NCBI GenBank assembly: GCA_965223465.1
Contig: OZ245025.1
Span: 2,509,900 to 2,573,899, forward strand
Length of the DNA stretch: 64,000 nucleotides
Origin: Candidatus Poriferihabitaceae bacterium
GTDB taxonomy: Bacteria > Pseudomonadota > Gammaproteobacteria > Arenicellales > Poriferihabitantaceae
Direction: 5' to 3'
Shown here: positions 57,302 through 64,000 of the stretch, piece by piece
How the letters are laid out: every line of letters begins with the position of its first letter
Numbering within the stretch: position 1 is the first letter of the stretch
Made by a program: the position numbers and the translations under genes
Notes under the pieces: generated by a model
What the model was told of the DNA's origin: nothing
The model's input: the letters and a program-made list of their open reading frames with translations, nothing else
The model's database searches: none

Positions 57302-59731
57302 TTAGCCTTTTTTTAACCTCAACGCGTTCAGGACTACCAATAAGGAACTCAAGGACATACCTATCGCCGCTAGCCAGGGTGGAACGTAACCCATGGCGGC
57401 CGCAGGGATCGCCAGCAAGTTGTAACTAACTGCCCAGATTAGGTTTTGTTTGATAATCCTATGCGTTTTGTGCGCTATATTGAGCGCTGTTTGGATGGCG
57501 CTTAGTTTGGGCGTAAGCAAGATAATGTCACTTCCCGCACTCGCTAGCGCTGCAGCACCTTCAGTCGCGATTGCACAATCGGCGCCGGCGAGGACGGCGG
57601 CATCATTTACGCCATCTCCAACCATGCCCACTATTTTGGAATGATTATCAGCATGTTGAAATTGCTTCACGATGCTTAATTTATCGCTGGGTAGCTGCCC
57701 AGCATAGATGGTGTCAATGCCGACTTGGGCACCAATGTGTTGCGCAGCAGCCGTATGGTCACCGGTGAGCATAATGCATTGAATACCTTTCGCCTGCAGA
57801 AAGCGAATTAACTCTGCGCTTTGGGCCTTAATGCGATCGCTAAGCGCGTAAATAGCGATAATGTTGCCTTGACGAGCGAGTACGACTTGGGTGTAATCCT
57901 CGAATACGGAGCGGGTTTGGGTATCTAATGTGCAGCCCGTTTGGGTTTCAATAAACGTGGGCGTGCCTAGATAAAACGTGTCACCATCAATACGCGCGCT
58001 TAAGCCTGCCCCCGGTGTGTTTTGTACCTCAGTGGCAACTAGGGTTGATGGATATTGCTCAAAAGCTTTGGCGATGGGATGTTCTGAGTGCTGCTCAATT
58101 GCCGCACAGATCGCAAAATGATCATCTACAAAAGCTGGATCAAGCACTTGGTGATTTTTAATTTCCAGCTTGCCTTCGGTCAGGGTGCCTGTTTTATCAA
58201 AAAACATAACCTCTAATTTATCCAGCGTTTCCAGCGCGGATTTGTTGCTGATAACGATCCCCCGCCGCATCAAATGGCCGATTGCAGTGCTGATGCTGGC
58301 TGGCGTAGCGAGCGAAAGTGCGCAGGGACAAGAGACAATCAATACTGCGATGGTGGGGGTTAGCCAATCTTGCGGAGTGTGTTGATACCAATATAACCCG
58401 GTTAAAGTGGCAAGACTGATTACGGCTAAAACGAACCATCCCGCGATACGGTCTGCAAGTTGGGCGATTGCTGGTTTTGCCTGTTGTGCCTTATCCAATA
58501 GATGTTGAATTCCGGACAATACCGTCTCGCTGCCCGTGCGGGTGATTTCAGCAGTAATTGGGCTATCGATATTCATACTACCACCGATGAGCTGATCACC
58601 CTTGGTTTTAAATTGGGGCAGGCTTTCGCCAGTCAAAATAGATTCATCCAGGCTACTTTTACCGCTCAAGACAACCGCATCCGCAGGCACGGTATCACCC
58701 GCATGAATCACCACTTGATCGCCCATGGTTAAATCCAGTGCGGGTAAGGATTGAATGCGACCATCGGCCACTAATTTTCGCGCCAGAATCGGGGCCGCCT
58801 GGCTCACAATGTCGGTGCTATCTGCAGCACGTTTACGCGCGCTGATTTCTAGATAACGAGCGCCGAGCAGCAGAAAACTAAACATACAGACCGAATCAAA
58901 GTAAATCTCCCCACGTCCGGTAATCAAGGAATAGACGCTAGCTAAAAACGCCAAGCCCATACCCAGCGCAACAGGGGTGTCCATACCAAAACGCCGATTT
59001 CGAAGATCTTTTAATGCACCATTGAAAAACGGTTTTGCGGCATAAAAAATGACGGGTAACGTTAAGATCAAACTGGCGCGTTGGATAAGCAATTTAATAA
59101 AGGTGTCCATCGTGCCATCGTCCATATACAGACTAATAGCCAATCCCATGACTTGCATCCCAAATATACCGGCTACACCCAGACGCTTTAGAATATCTTT
59201 GCGTTCTTTTTCAAGAATAAAATGGCGTTGATTTGGGTCATAGGGGTGCGCAGTGTAGCCAATGAGCTGAATCGCTTTTAATATTTCGGATAGACTGATG
59301 ACCCGTTCATCCCATTGCACATTCGCTTTTAGATTGGTGTAGTTAATCTCCACGTTTACCACACCGTTGAGTTTGCCCAGATGTTGTTGATTCAACCAAA
59401 CACAAGCTGCGCAATTAATGCCTTCCAGGATCAGTGCTGCTTCTTGAATATGCGCATCCGTGCGGCGAACAAACGACTTTTGTACATCAGGATGATCATA
59501 AAGCTCAAGCTGGCGCAGCTGTTCTGGAATAAGCAATTCACCCGGTTGGGGCTTTTCGGTGCGATGCTTGTAGTATGACTCCAGACCTGCCTCTACAATG
59601 GCATGCGCTACCGCTGCACACCCCTGACAGCACATCGCACGCTCTCGCCCCAAAATAGGCACATGGATATCCAATGATGGATCAATATCCAGATCACAGT
59701 GATAACACTGCTGAGCAGTAGGCGCAGGCAT
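57302..59731 (-). CDS. ccoI: Copper-translocating P1B-type ATPase CcoI/FixI
   Basis: 809 aa. N-terminal CYHC...CCQGC metal-binding region, HMA-like domain (GINCAACV), CPC motif (SCPCAL), DKTGTLT and GDGVNDA. Confidence 0.92.
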   Translation of the reverse strand: MPAPTAQQCYHCDLDIDPSLDIHVPILGRERAMCCQGCAAVAHAIVEAGLESYYKHRTEKPQPGELLIPEQLRQLELYDHPDVQKSFVRRTDAHIQEAALILEGINCAACVWLNQQHLGKLNGVVNVEINYTNLKANVQWDERVISLSEILKAIQLIGYTAHPYDPNQRHFILEKERKDILKRLGVAGIFGMQVMGLAISLYMDDGTMDTFIKLLIQRASLILTLPVIFYAAKPFFNGALKDLRNRRFGMDTPVALGMGLAFLASVYSLITGRGEIYFDSVCMFSFLLLGARYLEISARKRAADSTDIVSQAAPILARKLVADGRIQSLPALDLTMGDQVVIHAGDTVPADAVVLSGKSSLDESILTGESLPQFKTKGDQLIGGSMNIDSPITAEITRTGSETVLSGIQHLLDKAQQAKPAIAQLADRIAGWFVLAVISLATLTGLYWYQHTPQDWLTPTIAVLIVSCPCALSLATPASISTAIGHLMRRGIVISNKSALETLDKLEVMFFDKTGTLTEGKLEIKNHQVLDPAFVDDHFAICAAIEQHSEHPIAKAFEQYPSTLVATEVQNTPGAGLSARIDGDTFYLGTPTFIETQTGCTLDTQTRSVFEDYTQVVLARQGNIIAIYALSDRIKAQSAELIRFLQAKGIQCIMLTGDHTAAAQHIGAQVGIDTIYAGQLPSDKLSIVKQFQHADNHSKIVGMVGDGVNDAAVLAGADCAIATEGAAALASAGSDIILLTPKLSAIQTALNIAHKTHRIIKQNLIWAVSYNLLAIPAAAMGYVPPWLAAIGMSLSSLLVVLNALRLKKG

Positions 59732-59878
59732 AGTCGGAAAATAGGAGTAGAAACAGTACTAGTAACGATTTACATGCTACACCTATTCTCGGCAAAATTA
59801 AATGACCCCATGGTAGAGGTAATCCATTGTGAGTATCTCTATCGTGGCTCGCACAAAGACTCCTGCTGCGATAAAATC

Positions 59879-60382
59879 ATGCGTATGGAAAACCTAAAAA
59901 ACAAGTGGTATCACCAGCCTATGGTATGGATGGTTATCGCCATTCCTTTATCAGCCGTCGTAGTTGGCGCAATTTTACTGAGTTTAGCGATTACGACCGA
60001 CGATGGCCTAGTTGAAGACGATTACTATAAAAAGGGGATTGAGATAAATCAGGTGCTGGAGCGTGACGAGTTTGCGCTGGATAATGGCATTACAGCGAAT
60101 GTCAGTATTGACGGCCAGACCGGTGTGATTGCAGTGCGCCTGGATAGTCAATCAGGCTACGCGTTTCCGGATCAAATGGGGCTGAGTCTATTGCACCCCA
60201 CGCGGTCTTTTCAGGATGTGAAATTACTGCTCAGCAAAGGGCCGGATGGAGGCTACTATAGTGAGCTGCTTAATCCGCTCAAAAAGGGGCGCTGGTATTT
60301 TCGCATTAGCGAACCTAATTGGCGTTTACAAAAGATCATTTCGTGGCCCGTAGCGGGCGATTTTTTAATGCGTTCGCAATAA
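59879..60382 (+). CDS. FixH/CcoH-like protein
   Basis: MRMENLKNKWYHQPMVWMVIAIPLSAVVVGAILL...DDYYKKG is typical of the FixH N-terminus. Start chosen at ATG 59879, although the ORF is open from 59699. It is divergent from ccoI. Confidence 0.75.
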   Translation: MRMENLKNKWYHQPMVWMVIAIPLSAVVVGAILLSLAITTDDGLVEDDYYKKGIEINQVLERDEFALDNGITANVSIDGQTGVIAVRLDSQSGYAFPDQMGLSLLHPTRSFQDVKLLLSKGPDGGYYSELLNPLKKGRWYFRISEPNWRLQKIISWPVAGDFLMRSQ

Positions 60383-60521
60383 GTCACCAGGGTTAAAAGC
60401 ACAGGCTTCTCAACGTGTGGTTTTGGTGGGTTTAAGCAGCTAGTTTTCAGTACATTCTTAGGGGTTATTAAGCCCTAGCAATCAATAAGTTAAATCGCTG
60501 CCTAGGCGGTAAATATGGTAA

Positions 60522-62960
<2,439 letters not shown>

Positions 62961-63029
62961 GATTGCCGAGTTTTTATTTGCTTCACACAGAAACCGTCGC
63001 TGTACAGGTTTATTAACTATTCGCGACGC

Positions 63030-63461
63030 GTGATTTCAACGACGATCCGCGCAGCAGCATTAAATGACGCCGATTCCATCAATCAATTATCAACTCATCT
63101 TGGATATGCGCGCGCTTCTCCCCAAATTGCGCGAGCGCGACTTAAGCGGTTAATCGAATCACATACCGATCGGGTATGGGTGGCGGAAAATGCGAGTAAA
63201 ATTATTGGCTGGATTCATGTTTTTACTGCCCAACGTCTTGCTTCAGAGACATTCAACGAAATCGGTGGCCTGGTGGTTGATCCAGCGATGCGGAACCAAG
63301 GTGTCGGGCGTGCTTTGCTAGAATATGCTGCATATCAATCCGCAGAACAGAATCTGGCAATCCGTGTTAGGTGTAATATCAAGCGACTTGAGGCCTGCCA
63401 GTTTTACGAAAAAATGGGTTTTAGCAAAGTGAAATCTCAGCATGTCTTTGAGGCACAATGA
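63030..63461 (+). CDS. GNAT family N-acetyltransferase
   Basis: 143 aa with GTG start. Acetyl-CoA motif VDPAMRNQGVGRALLEYA. Confidence 0.85.
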   Translation: MISTTIRAAALNDADSINQLSTHLGYARASPQIARARLKRLIESHTDRVWVAENASKIIGWIHVFTAQRLASETFNEIGGLVVDPAMRNQGVGRALLEYAAYQSAEQNLAIRVRCNIKRLEACQFYEKMGFSKVKSQHVFEAQ

Positions 63462-63547
63462 GAAGCAACGGATGCATCACTGTTCAGCATGCTTGCGCTA
63501 TACTTGTTTGATAAATTCATCATACATTTAACAAAAACAACTAAAAA

Positions 63548-64000
63548 ATGATTTTGCAGAAAGCTATATGGGCAGCCAAGCGCTTACTTTTTTACGTTTA
63601 TTTGGTTTTCTGTTTGCTGACCGTCGTAGGGGGTTTTCTAACCGCACCATTGTTCACTTACGTATTTTTTGGTGATTGGCGATTCTGGCGATATCTTGCT
63701 CCTGGCTGGAAAATGTTTTTCCACGGCTGGCGGTTTCTCATCCCGTTGCTTAAATGGGAAAATAGCGGATTTATGTTTTCTGTGCCTTTGACCAGTCCAC
63801 CTAAAAGTGCCCCTGACCTGAGTATCGTTAAGATTCGCGCAGATTGGGCAGACGGCTCATCTTGCGGGAGCTGCAGCAAGTGTTGTGATCAGGTGTCTTG
63901 TCCGGTTCTGGATAAGGATAGCGGTTTATGTCTTGGGTATAACGCTTTTTTCTGGCGATATTTTAATTGTGGTCGATTTCCAAGCTATCAATCAGAGATT
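63548..64000 (+). CDS. Membrane-anchored YkgJ-type cysteine-cluster (CxxCxxCC) protein, partial (runs off window end)
   Basis: The frame is open from ATG 63548 to the window edge, which is why it is absent from the ORF track. It has an N-terminal hydrophobic helix, then GSSCGSCSKCCDQVSCP...LCLGY, matching the CxxCxxCC zinc/iron-chelating domain pattern. Confidence 0.55.
   Translation, partial: MILQKAIWAAKRLLFYVYLVFCLLTVVGGFLTAPLFTYVFFGDWRFWRYLAPGWKMFFHGWRFLIPLLKWENSGFMFSVPLTSPPKSAPDLSIVKIRADWADGSSCGSCSKCCDQVSCPVLDKDSGLCLGYNAFFWRYFNCGRFPSYQSEI

Overview
The window looks like gammaproteobacterial chromosome. It is densely coded, and many products are near-collinear with E. coli or Pseudomonas orthologues. 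Housekeeping genes dominate: uvrD, hemL, comEC, ilvA, nadD, slyX, ridA, recG, glcDEF, ppa, xerC-DUF484-dapF, cysQ, nudE, hisD, murA, kdsD-lptCAB-hpf-rapZ, leuS-lptE-holA and gyrB. A periplasmic sulfide-oxidation and electron-transfer neighbourhood sits at 37-42.6 kb, with fccAB, a NapC/NirT-type tetrahaem cytochrome, a secreted ankyrin protein, a dihaem cytochrome c and a rhodanese. Cbb3-oxidase maturation genes (ccoS, ccoI, fixH-like) lie at 56.4-60.4 kb. No rRNA, tRNA, CRISPR array, IS element or phage integrase was seen. The strongest candidate for a new system is a tightly coupled minus-strand four-gene module at 51.5-56.1 kb. It encodes a YcaO, a long TfuA, a thermolysin-like HExxH...ExxSD protein, and a 229-aa protein ending in five tandem ASRGR(M/V) hexapeptides. 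The repeats are conserved as peptide but scrambled at synonymous codon positions. I read this as an uncharacterised TfuA-type (thioamidating) YcaO system with a multi-core or repeat-tailed substrate. It sits in an accessory block that also holds a zinc-ribbon/class III cyclase/STAND-ATPase/TPR protein. Other notable points: (1) a diverged second copy of the nadD 3' end lies exactly 1820 bp downstream of the real one, bracketing an AT-rich insert with a wHTH-alpha/beta-hydrolase one-component regulator. (2) Two tandem promoter-to-terminator units with no ORF are candidate sRNAs, one behind a near-consensus CRP box. (3) The conserved kdsD...rapZ locus lacks kdsC, rpoN and ptsN. All functional calls rest on reading the ORF translations by eye for motifs and recalled homology. 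No database search was run.
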